Shown here: positions 17,922-26,888 of the stretch, piece by piece
How positions within the stretch are numbered: position 1 is the first letter of the stretch
How the letters are laid out: the number at the start of each line of letters is the position of its first letter
Assembly (NCBI GenBank): GCA_020048155.1
Contig: JAIFMY010000042.1
Coordinates: 1-48,178, forward strand
Length of the DNA: 48,178 bases
Direction of reading: 5' to 3'
From: Bacteroidota bacterium
Lineage (GTDB): Bacteria; Bacteroidota; Bacteroidia; Bacteroidales; DYOH01
Translations under genes and position numbers: made by a program
Notes under the pieces: model-generated
The model's input: the letters and a program-made list of their open reading frames with translations, nothing else
Databases searched by the model: none
Told to the model about the DNA's origin: nothing

Positions 17922-20423
17922 TCAGGAAATCATGATGTCGTTGTTTGGATTGAGATAAAAATCAATCATATGCATCAATTGTTTCTCTGAAAGAGGTTTG
18001 GCCATATAGTCATTACACCCATAGTCTTTTACCCTTTTTACATCATTTTCCATTGCATTTGCTGTAAGTGCAATGATGGGTTTGTCGAAACCCTTGTTGC
18101 GCAATTCGCGGGTAGCTTCCAATCCATTTTTTATTGGCAATTGTATATCCATCAGTACTATATCATATTTGTTGCTAAGCGCCATATCTACAGCAAGTTG
18201 TCCATTAATAGCATGATCCAGTTTTACCTGAGTAGGTTTTAAAAGCTCATAAATGAAATAATAATTGAGTTGGTCATCTTCTACCACCAATATCTTCTTA
18301 GTTTTCCAATTGAAACTTGTCGATAATCTGGAAGGACCCGAAGAACTGTATCCGGATTGTTTTTCTTCTTCAATGGGCAAACTCAGAATAAATTCAGAGC
18401 CTACATTTGGTTCCGATACCACACTCAGTTTTCCGCCCAGAAGTTCGGCATAACCGTAAGAGATGGTAAGCCCTAAGCCGGTACCTCCAAATTTGCGGGT
18501 TGCACTTTCGTCGCCTTGTCTGAAACGCTGAAAAATAATGGGCAATTTTTCCTGTGTAATGCCAATGCCCGTATCGCGCACATAGAAAATGACATTTTCT
18601 CCTTTCTGTATCTTGTAACCAATAGTAATGCTTCCATCAAAAGTAAATTTTGAAGCATTAGAAAGAAGGTGCTTCAGTATGGTCATGAGCTTTTCCCTAT
18701 CGGTGGCTATTTTTCGAATGGGTGTATTGGTATCTATATTTGTAAATACCCTGATATTCATACGCTCAGTGTTTTGGAGGCGTTCAGTTACATAATCTCG
18801 CGATTCGTCTATGAGTTGAATGAGATCCACCTCTGAGTATTCTATTTTCACCTGACTTGCTTGTAGTTTACTGGCTTCTACTATATCGGTTACTATGGCA
18901 AGTAGTTGTCTTGTACTCTCGGTGATTACGTTCAGGTATTTGTACCTCACATCGTCGGTCATGTGCCGCTCTTTAAGCAACTCGCTGAAACCCAAAATCC
19001 CATTCATGGGTGTTCGTATTTCGTGGGAAATATTGGCCAGAAAAGCAGACTTAAGCCTATCAGAGTCTTCTGCGCGTTTGAGTGCAGTTTCAAGTTGTTG
19101 GGTGCGTTCAGCTACAATGGTTTCTAGGTGTTGACGGTATTTATTGAGTTCTTCTTCAACTTTTTTACGTTCAGTGATGTCTCTTATTACACTTATTATA
19201 CCCCGGCTTCCATCGAAATCGATATTTGTAAGGTTTACTTCCACAGGTATAAGTATATTGTTCTTTGTTTTGATCCGAGCTTCAAAAATGATGCTTTTGT
19301 TGTAACCACTGGTTTCGGGAATAAAGAAATTGGCTTCGGTGAAAATTTCGTGAATAGATTTTTCAAGAATTTCTTCTTTGTTGTATTCTAGTAAGTTAAG
19401 GGCTTCGTGGTTGGTTTCTATTATTTTAGAACTTGATGTAATAATAAGAGCATCAGAAATATGTTCGAAAAGAGTTCTGAACTTAGATTCACTTTGCTTA
19501 AGAGCAACTTCAGCTTGCATTCGTTCGTTTACCTCACGGCTGAGCAATTCGTTTTTGGCATATAATTCTTCGTTTGTTGCTTCTATTTCCTCGTTCGTTG
19601 TTTTTAGAACTTCGTTTATTCGCAAAACTTCCTCAGCTCGTTCCTTTACTTTGTCTTCAAGATTTAGCCGATATAATGTAAGTTCTTCTTCAGCTTTCTT
19701 TCGGTCAGTTATATCCTGAAAGACCAATTGGGTAGCAGGTTTTCCGTTGTAGAAAATTTTTGAAATGGCTACTTCAGCATCAATCACTTCACCTTTTAGA
19801 GTAATAAGTTTTTCTTGAGCTGCTTCCGAAAATATTTCATCTCCGCTATATAAACTCTGCATGCGGCCTTTTACGAATTCCAGATAATCATGATGCACAA
19901 ATTCCAGTACACTTTTGCCAATGAAATCAGATTCTGAGTTTCCTCCAAGTATACGAATTGCGAATTTATTAATGAGTACTATCTGGCCTGCCTGATGAAC
20001 CCCAATGGCAATAGGCGATTCATCTATCAATTGTTTATACCTGTTTTTGGCATCACGTAACTCTTTCTGTATGAGTTCAATTTCAATTGCCTGACTCTGA
20101 AACACACTTATTTGTTGTCGGATTTCGTTGTTAGCACTCAGTAGCTTATCTTCAACCTTTACTTTTTTATTCAACATTTGTCTGAAAAGGTAGATACCTG
20201 ATAAGACCAAGAAAGAGGTTATGAATGGATAGTAATTGCTAAGAGAAGTGTGCCAATGGGCACCAGCAAAAAGCGATAATACCTCTAATACAATAAGCAA
20301 GCTTATGGCCACAAGAAACGCAAAATAATTTGCTTTAGTACCCACGTGTTTATACATGTTTCGCAGTAAAAACAGCGAAAAGATGTAAAATATGAGCGTA
20401 AAAATATGGATAACCAAATGCAT
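17922..20423 (-). CDS. Membrane-anchored PAS hybrid histidine kinase
   Basis: Three N-terminal TM segments, two PAS/PAC units, ISHEIRTPMN, LSNASKFT, DTGIG, GTGLGL; intact receiver (VEDD, MDIQLP, LTA, AKP). Confidence 0.93.
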   Translation of the reverse strand: MHLVIHIFTLIFYIFSLFLLRNMYKHVGTKANYFAFLVAISLLIVLEVLSLFAGAHWHTSLSNYYPFITSFLVLSGIYLFRQMLNKKVKVEDKLLSANNEIRQQISVFQSQAIEIELIQKELRDAKNRYKQLIDESPIAIGVHQAGQIVLINKFAIRILGGNSESDFIGKSVLEFVHHDYLEFVKGRMQSLYSGDEIFSEAAQEKLITLKGEVIDAEVAISKIFYNGKPATQLVFQDITDRKKAEEELTLYRLNLEDKVKERAEEVLRINEVLKTTNEEIEATNEELYAKNELLSREVNERMQAEVALKQSESKFRTLFEHISDALIITSSSKIIETNHEALNLLEYNKEEILEKSIHEIFTEANFFIPETSGYNKSIIFEARIKTKNNILIPVEVNLTNIDFDGSRGIISVIRDITERKKVEEELNKYRQHLETIVAERTQQLETALKRAEDSDRLKSAFLANISHEIRTPMNGILGFSELLKERHMTDDVRYKYLNVITESTRQLLAIVTDIVEASKLQASQVKIEYSEVDLIQLIDESRDYVTERLQNTERMNIRVFTNIDTNTPIRKIATDREKLMTILKHLLSNASKFTFDGSITIGYKIQKGENVIFYVRDTGIGITQEKLPIIFQRFRQGDESATRKFGGTGLGLTISYGYAELLGGKLSVVSEPNVGSEFILSLPIEEEKQSGYSSSGPSRLSTSFNWKTKKILVVEDDQLNYYFIYELLKPTQVKLDHAINGQLAVDMALSNKYDIVLMDIQLPIKNGLEATRELRNKGFDKPIIALTANAMENDVKRVKDYGCNDYMAKPLSEKQLMHMIDFYLNPNNDIMIS

Positions 20424-20551
20424 ATTATATTTTAACTATGCTAAAATAAGTAAAAAGCCAATCAAATTGCAACTTATCTATTATATTTTCAATCTTTTTG
20501 GAACATTCATCAAAATGTATCATTATTAGTAATTCATTGAACTAAAATGTA

Positions 20552-21991
20552 CTAAATTTCGCCAATACAATATAGCATTCCATTTTTTACTGCAACATAT
20601 ATTCTTTTATTGTACACCACAGGAGTAGCATCTATTTCCCATCCCTCTATTTTGTCGAGTATTTGAATTTCGCCTTTGCTTCCCACTTTTAGCAATACTA
20701 GTCCCGTGTCGTGTGCTACCAGTATTTTATCATGTATAAAAAGCGGTGTGGAAATGGCGCCGCCAATATACATTCTTGATAAAATGCGAGGTGAGGGCAG
20801 CCAGTCTTTGCCATTGAACGATAAACTTTTTGCTTGGGTATCTACCATATTATGTGCAACTACGGTTAAGTATCCATCGGTACCTATGATGGCAGCCATG
20901 CGCAAGGCAGTACTATCGGCAGTTGCATCATTTACGGCTACCGAGCCAACAATACCTCCATGCCAGTGAAACCATTTTTCGGATAGAGTTGGCAAGTACC
21001 ACACTATGGCTTCGCTTGGTGCCTTAGATGGGTCTAACATTAGCGCTCCGCCCGGCCCGGCAATGTAATCTTTTTCTATAGCTATTATTAACTTATTATC
21101 TGCTGTTGCAACAGGTGTACCATTGAGGTCGGCACCTATATTGAAGCACCAGGTGGTGTCCCTTTTGTCAAGATTGTACCCAATGATGCGTCCTGTACCC
21201 GTGGCTGTATATATGGTTCTACCAATCATAACCGGCGAAGACTCACATTCTATATTTGTACCATGTATAAGTGTATCAGTATCTTCAAAATATTTTATTT
21301 TCTTATAAATATGAGGTTGAAAATAACCATCCGATTTTTTTACCAATCCCGGATTGAGTATGGCAAAATATCCATTTTCGAGCGGAATGTATGCAGTATC
21401 GTTTATTACTAATGCTGAGGCATCTACATCCCGACTATAGCTGAGCGTGCGTTCCACATTGAAGCGCCACATTTCTTTACCAGTCAAATAGGATATGCCC
21501 CTGAAACTATAAGCATCTTTCGCATCTATACTCACTTTGGCCCCACGTCGGCTGCCTTGCAGTATTACATATTTCCATTCCGGGTCATTTGCTTTGGCAT
21601 TGAACCAAATAGTTGGGCTACCTTTTAGTATATCATCAAATTTGTAATCCCAGATAAGCATGCCATTTTCAGCATCTATTTTTTTCAATCCATAGTCAAA
21701 AGAAGGCTGAATAAGGTATATGCGGTTATTTTCGGACACAATAAGGGCTTGCCCGGTCCAACCGGCACCTTTCCATATTTTATCGCCCCCATAAGCAGGG
21801 CTAATTCCTTGCCCCAATGCATGTTCCCAAACTATACTCAAACTGTTTGGGAGTTCATTACCATAATAATTTCTTTTTTCGTTTCCGAGATAAGTATGGG
21901 TTCTAAATTCGATTTCTTGCGAATGAACGAAAGAAGCATGCTGCAAAAATAGTACAAGAAAAACTAAACGATGATACAACAATATATTCAT
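20552..21991 (-). CDS. Exported PQQ/BamB-like beta-propeller protein
   Basis: Signal peptide; repeated D..G..W and S/TP motifs (KIDAENGMLIW, ESSPV, ISTPL, DATPVV..GMLYC). Confidence 0.75.
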   Translation of the reverse strand: MNILLYHRLVFLVLFLQHASFVHSQEIEFRTHTYLGNEKRNYYGNELPNSLSIVWEHALGQGISPAYGGDKIWKGAGWTGQALIVSENNRIYLIQPSFDYGLKKIDAENGMLIWDYKFDDILKGSPTIWFNAKANDPEWKYVILQGSRRGAKVSIDAKDAYSFRGISYLTGKEMWRFNVERTLSYSRDVDASALVINDTAYIPLENGYFAILNPGLVKKSDGYFQPHIYKKIKYFEDTDTLIHGTNIECESSPVMIGRTIYTATGTGRIIGYNLDKRDTTWCFNIGADLNGTPVATADNKLIIAIEKDYIAGPGGALMLDPSKAPSEAIVWYLPTLSEKWFHWHGGIVGSVAVNDATADSTALRMAAIIGTDGYLTVVAHNMVDTQAKSLSFNGKDWLPSPRILSRMYIGGAISTPLFIHDKILVAHDTGLVLLKVGSKGEIQILDKIEGWEIDATPVVYNKRIYVAVKNGMLYCIGEI

Positions 21992-22020
21992 GATTTTACA
22001 TAGAATTAGATATGGCGAGC

Positions 22021-22028
22021 CAAATATA
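22021..22028 (-). promoter_or_regulatory. Sigma-A -7 element (TATATTTG on minus strand)
   Basis: TAnnTTTG about 30 nt before the beta-propeller gene start; divergent from the element at 22091. Confidence 0.55.
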
Positions 22029-22090
22029 TTAGCTTTATATAAATAATTTTGATTTATTGGCTAAACTCTTTTTACATTGCCCGAATTCCT

Positions 22091-22098
22091 TATATTTG
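22091..22098 (+). promoter_or_regulatory. Sigma-A -7 element (TATATTTG) for the 22127-27698 operon
   Basis: Perfect TAnnTTTG about 30 nt before ATG 22127; supports 22127 over the TTG at 22049 as start. Confidence 0.7.
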
Positions 22099-22126
22099 CA
22101 GTAAAGAAACCAAAAAACATGATACT

Positions 22127-22834
22127 ATGGCTTTCGATTTAAATAAAATAAAAAGTCTTTTTGTTGTAGTGGATGAGGCACCCAAAAAAGAAGAAACAAC
22201 CCCAAAGCAAGAAGAGAAAAAAACAACAGACACCCCGAAACAAGTTGTGAATCAGAAGGAAAATTCATCTTTACGTGTTGAGAATATTCCGGAAGAAATC
22301 AAAAGTGAAGGTACTTCAAAAATAAATCAACTCATTTTTGACAATCTTACTACGGCCATAAGCAAAGCCAATTTGCCGGGCGAGGATTATCTTGAATTTG
22401 TTGATGCGCTCAGAGCCATGAAGGATATACCGCTCACAGACGAGCTAAAAATGCAAACTGTATTTGCAACCCTTAGCACCAAAGGACTGACAGTACCTAA
22501 AATACTTGAAAGTGCAGATTATTATACCAAAATTTTGGAAAACGAAAAGGCCAAATTTTACGAGGTACTCAAGCAACAGACTCACGGTCAAGTGAATCAG
22601 AAAGCCAACGAAGTGAATGTGCTCGAAAACGATAACAAACGTCTGGCCGATGAAATAGCTCGCCTAACCGAAAAAATATCGCAAAACCAGGCTAAAATGG
22701 AGCAACTTAAAAAGGATATGTCCGGAAATGAAGAAAAAATTAAATCTACAGAATCTGACTTCCTCTATACTTATGATCTGGTGGCCAATCAGATTAAAAA
22801 CAATGTTGAAAAAATCAAATCAATCAAATCATAA
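22127..22834 (+). CDS. Hypothetical protein: N-terminal amphipathic helix, low-complexity linker, helical core, C-terminal coiled coil
   Basis: MAFDLNKIKSLF; K/E/T/P-rich linker; GEDYLEF motif; heptad-rich C-terminal third. Confidence 0.8.
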   Translation: MAFDLNKIKSLFVVVDEAPKKEETTPKQEEKKTTDTPKQVVNQKENSSLRVENIPEEIKSEGTSKINQLIFDNLTTAISKANLPGEDYLEFVDALRAMKDIPLTDELKMQTVFATLSTKGLTVPKILESADYYTKILENEKAKFYEVLKQQTHGQVNQKANEVNVLENDNKRLADEIARLTEKISQNQAKMEQLKKDMSGNEEKIKSTESDFLYTYDLVANQIKNNVEKIKSIKS

Positions 22835-22847
22835 ATCATAATTACCA

Positions 22848-23849
22848 ATGATAGCCGATACTCAATCAAAATCGAAATCGTTCTGGAAACGCCCGGAAGG
22901 AATAACCGGAACCGTTTTTGTGATAGGGCTTATAGTTACTATTGTGCTATTCGCCAATCCTATTATGTTATTTATTATTAGCTTATTGCAAAACTTAATT
23001 ACCACCATTGCACTATTTGTAGTACTGGGGGTGATGCTTTATGTACTGCTCGATCCCAATTTCAGGAATCTCGTTTGGTATATGTATAAAAGTGTAATGC
23101 GCTGGATAACAGGAATGTTTGTACAAATTAATCCAGTACTCATACTTGAATCTTATATCGATTATTTGTACAAAAACCTGAAAGAAATGGATACCCATAT
23201 TGGGAAACTTAAGGGACAAGTTGCCAAATTAAGGCGCATAATAGAAGATAACCGTCGCGAGATGGAAGAAAACCTGAAAATGGCTGAAGCCGCCAAAAAG
23301 AAAAACAACATGGAATTGGTAGCCATCAATACACGCCAGTTTGGCCGTTTGAAAGAATCGAACGAAAGATATGGTGTATTGCTCGGCAAAATGGAATTGC
23401 TTTATAAGGTCTTGGCTAAAATTTATAAAAACTCAGAATACCTTATAAAAGATACCGAAAATGAAGTGCGTATGCGCAAACAGGAAGCAGCCGCAATAAA
23501 AGCCGGCCATAGTGCTATGCGCAGGGCTATGAATATCATAAAAGGTGACCCCGATAAGAAAATGATTTTCGACATGGCCACTGAAGCTCTCGTAGAAGAT
23601 GTGCACAACAAGATAGGTGAAATGGAACGCTTCATCGAACTTTCAGGGAGTTTTATCGACAGTGTAGACCTGCAGAATGGTGTTTACGAACAACAAGGTT
23701 TGGAATTGCTCGAAAAAATGGAGAAAGAAGGCGTTTCTTTCTTGCTTGGCAATACCAATATTCCCGAATTGGATGATAATAAAGATGTTGAAAAAAGCGT
23801 AGACAAAGACCTCGGAAACATTAGTTCTTACAACAACCTATTTAGTTAA
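22848..23849 (+). CDS. Membrane-anchored PspA/IM30 (ESCRT-III superfamily)-like coiled-coil protein
   Basis: Two N-terminal TM helices, then INPVLILESYI..LKEM..MAEAAKKKNNMELV, echoing PspA DP..LEQ.I..A..AL..G.E.LA. The family assignment is inferred by eye. Confidence 0.65.
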   Translation: MIADTQSKSKSFWKRPEGITGTVFVIGLIVTIVLFANPIMLFIISLLQNLITTIALFVVLGVMLYVLLDPNFRNLVWYMYKSVMRWITGMFVQINPVLILESYIDYLYKNLKEMDTHIGKLKGQVAKLRRIIEDNRREMEENLKMAEAAKKKNNMELVAINTRQFGRLKESNERYGVLLGKMELLYKVLAKIYKNSEYLIKDTENEVRMRKQEAAAIKAGHSAMRRAMNIIKGDPDKKMIFDMATEALVEDVHNKIGEMERFIELSGSFIDSVDLQNGVYEQQGLELLEKMEKEGVSFLLGNTNIPELDDNKDVEKSVDKDLGNISSYNNLFS

Positions 23850-23868
23850 CCAGCAATAGATTAACACA

Positions 23869-25404
23869 ATGAAAACAAAACTGACCCCTTTTTCTAAGCT
23901 GCTCATAGTAGTGGCCATATTGGCCAGCGTAGCTGTGGCAGTAAAATACCTGAACCTCATAGATTTCAATAAAATAACCCAAAACAATCAAGGTAGCAAT
24001 ACAACCCAGAATTTTGATGCAGAGGGTAAAACCATTCGCATAGGTGTAGTAACCTGGGGTGGATATGCAGGTGGACAATATTTCAACAAAGGCTTTAAAC
24101 CCAATTCTGAATCGCGTTACCTCAAAGAATATGGTTTCAACGTTGAATTCAAAGTAATAGATGATTTCAATGCCTCTCGCGATGCATGGAAAGCCGATGA
24201 AGTTGACTTGCTCTGGACTACCATAGATGCTTATACTACTGAAGCAGCCGGATTGGCTCAATACGACCCCAAAGTAGTGTTCCAGGCCGACTGGTCGCGT
24301 GGTGGTGATGCCATAGTGGTGCGCCGTGGTATTGATAAAGTATCGGATCTGCGTGGCAAAACAGTTGCCTTTGCTGAAATGACACCAAGCCACACTTTCC
24401 TACTTTGGATGCTCGAGGCCGGTGGTCTTAAGTATTCAGATATACAACCTAAAATTGTTGAAAGTGCTATTGATGCGGCAGACTTATTTAAAAAAGGTCA
24501 AGTGGACGCTGCTGTAGTATGGTCGCCTGACGATCAGGACTGTGTGGAAAAAGTAAGTGGAGCAAAAATTTTGCAAAACACCAAAAACGCTTCTCACATC
24601 ATAGCCGACGTATTTATCGCAAAAAAATCGTTTATTGATGCCAATAGGGTAGAGCTGCAAAACCTGATAGAAGGCTGGATGAAAGGCGCTGCCGAAATAA
24701 ATACCTCTGAAGATGCTAAGAAAGAAGCATCTAAGATACTTGCAGTTGGACTCAATATGCCTGAAGATTTTTGTTACAATGCAATCAACAATGTTCGCCT
24801 TTGTACTTATGGCGACAACCGCGTGTTCTTCAATCTCGATGGCAAAACCGATGAGGTTTCGGGTGAGGATATTTACAACCGCATGGAAATAAAATACAAA
24901 GAATTGGGCTATATCAAAGATCGTATACCAAATTGGAGAACCATTACCGACCCATCTTTCATTCGCGACATAGCTACGCTTACTGGTAACGAGCACCTTG
25001 CCGAAGGCAAAGCTACTTTTAATGAAGCTACTGCTGCCGACGAGACTTCCGAAGCCATTGCCTCAAAACCCGTTAGTATTTCTTTCCGTTCCGGCGAATC
25101 TATACTCGACGATAATGCCAAGTATATCATAGACAATGAGTTTCTGCCAATCGCCAAATCTTTTGGCAATGCACGTATACGTATTGAAGGGAATACCGAC
25201 AATGTGGGTAATTATGAAATGAACAAGCAGCTCTCGTTTCAACGTGCCAGTGCAGTGGCCAACTATCTGATAAGCGAACATCATTTCGATAAAAACAGAT
25301 TCATCATAGTAGGGAATGGCCCTGATAAACCACTTGCCGACAATAATACTGCCGATGGCAAAGCCAAAAACAGAAGAACTGATTTTCAGCTTCTGCCTAA
25401 CTGA
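23869..25404 (+). CDS. NMT1/THI5/SsuA-type ABC substrate-binding protein fused to a C-terminal OmpA-like domain
   Basis: N-terminal TM anchor; DWSRGGDAIV, DLRGKTVA, VDAAVVWSP, IADVF; OmpA_C motifs IEGNTDNVG, NKQLSFQRA, NRRTDF. Confidence 0.9.
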   Translation: MKTKLTPFSKLLIVVAILASVAVAVKYLNLIDFNKITQNNQGSNTTQNFDAEGKTIRIGVVTWGGYAGGQYFNKGFKPNSESRYLKEYGFNVEFKVIDDFNASRDAWKADEVDLLWTTIDAYTTEAAGLAQYDPKVVFQADWSRGGDAIVVRRGIDKVSDLRGKTVAFAEMTPSHTFLLWMLEAGGLKYSDIQPKIVESAIDAADLFKKGQVDAAVVWSPDDQDCVEKVSGAKILQNTKNASHIIADVFIAKKSFIDANRVELQNLIEGWMKGAAEINTSEDAKKEASKILAVGLNMPEDFCYNAINNVRLCTYGDNRVFFNLDGKTDEVSGEDIYNRMEIKYKELGYIKDRIPNWRTITDPSFIRDIATLTGNEHLAEGKATFNEATAADETSEAIASKPVSISFRSGESILDDNAKYIIDNEFLPIAKSFGNARIRIEGNTDNVGNYEMNKQLSFQRASAVANYLISEHHFDKNRFIIVGNGPDKPLADNNTADGKAKNRRTDFQLLPN

Positions 25405-25417
25405 TTTTAAAAAGCCA

Positions 25418-25530
25418 GTTTCTGCTTAATCACATGTTGAAAATGGGGTTAGGCAGAAACATCATATAATATTGTGGTACAGTGAATTGAATATGCTCTG
25501 ATAGGTTTCAATATCTTCCGGAGCATATTC
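25418..25530 (+). promoter_or_regulatory. Two intercistronic stem-loops between the binding-protein and permease genes
   Basis: GTTTCTGCTTAATC...GGTTAGGCAGAAAC (25418-25460; G-U pairs valid on the + strand) and GAATATGCTC...GAGCATATTC (25489-25530); no U-tract after either. Confidence 0.6.
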
Positions 25531-25592
25531 TAAACTTTTCAGGATTATTGCATAAAAATCAATTTAAACATTCACCTTAATCACCCAAAAAC

Positions 25593-26885
25593 ATGTTTAG
25601 AGCCTTGTTCAAAATAGGAGGGCAAATAGCAGGCAAGCAGCGGATGATGATTGAAATAATCGGATTCGTTTTTTTTGTATTCATTTGGTGGCTGGTAACC
25701 CATCCTTTTCATAGCCCAAACATACAGTACAATGCTGTTGGCGGGCAAGCACCATATAAGTTCGAGTTGAAAGGCCCTGGTGGTTTTTCATATACTTCCG
25801 ACGGAAATTCCGTTGCAGGTAGTTTGGCTACAGGTTCTTATACACTTAGTGTTACAGATGGCAACGGTGCCAAAAATTTGCTGAAACTGGATGTGAAAAC
25901 CGACTCTACCTACACCACGGTAGATACAGCAGCCAATACACCGGGTATACGTGCAGATATTTCCATCCGAAAACCATTTATAAACCCCGGAATTCTACCT
26001 TCACCTGGAGATGTACTTTATTCGTTCAAAACTTTGAGTGCTGAAAAAGTAAACGTAAAACTTTCAGAAAATTTTCAGATTAGCGACGATGTGCTTAAGC
26101 AACTAGCTAAAGACAGTATACCAACTGAAGTAATAAACAAGCTGAAACCATTGGTAGGAAAATCTTTTTCGAGCAATGATGAACTGACTACTGCATTAAA
26201 TGACATACTTACACCTGCACAAACCGAAGATTTTAGTTATCAGATAGTAAATGGCTCGTTCGTAGGCAGCTATATGGGCGTGAGCAGTTTGGTTTTCAAT
26301 ACTTCGTATTCCATCATGCTCAACATACTTGGCTATTTGTGGGCTATAGTTCTGAGCCTTATGGTAGGTTTCCTGATTGCTTTGGTACCTTTTTTCAGAG
26401 GTTTGCTCAGCCGCTATATTGATGCTGTAAGGTTTATACCGCTGGCTGCTGTCACAGGCTTATTCATAGCATGGTTTGGTATAGAACTAAACATGAAACT
26501 ACAGTTCCTTGCGTTTGGTATATTCGTATTCCTGTTGCCAGTAGTAGTGCAACGTATCGATGAAGTAGACAGGGTTTACAAGCAAACAGCTTTTACGTTG
26601 GGAGCCACCGACTGGCAAATGGTTCGTTTTGTGTACTGGCCCAGTGTTATTTCTAAACTCATAGACGATATGCGCGTGCTTACAGCCATTTCATGGACCT
26701 ATATAATAGTAGCCGAAACCGTAAACAAGGACAACGGGATTGGTGCCCTCATATTCACTGCACGTCGCCACAGCCGCCTCGATGAAGTTTTTGCACTCTT
26801 GCTGCTCATCATCATCATCGGTTTTGTACAAGACCTTTTATTTACTTGGATAGACAAAAAAGTGAACCCGCATAAATACGCATAG
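25593..26885 (+). CDS. NitT/TauT-family ABC permease with two inserted soluble domains
   Basis: ILPSPGDV, RFIPLAA, AFTLGAT (EAA loop), SWTYIIVAE. 430 aa versus the roughly 250-280 aa expected for the family. Confidence 0.9.
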   Translation: MFRALFKIGGQIAGKQRMMIEIIGFVFFVFIWWLVTHPFHSPNIQYNAVGGQAPYKFELKGPGGFSYTSDGNSVAGSLATGSYTLSVTDGNGAKNLLKLDVKTDSTYTTVDTAANTPGIRADISIRKPFINPGILPSPGDVLYSFKTLSAEKVNVKLSENFQISDDVLKQLAKDSIPTEVINKLKPLVGKSFSSNDELTTALNDILTPAQTEDFSYQIVNGSFVGSYMGVSSLVFNTSYSIMLNILGYLWAIVLSLMVGFLIALVPFFRGLLSRYIDAVRFIPLAAVTGLFIAWFGIELNMKLQFLAFGIFVFLLPVVVQRIDEVDRVYKQTAFTLGATDWQMVRFVYWPSVISKLIDDMRVLTAISWTYIIVAETVNKDNGIGALIFTARRHSRLDEVFALLLLIIIIGFVQDLLFTWIDKKVNPHKYA

Positions 26886-26888
26886 GCT

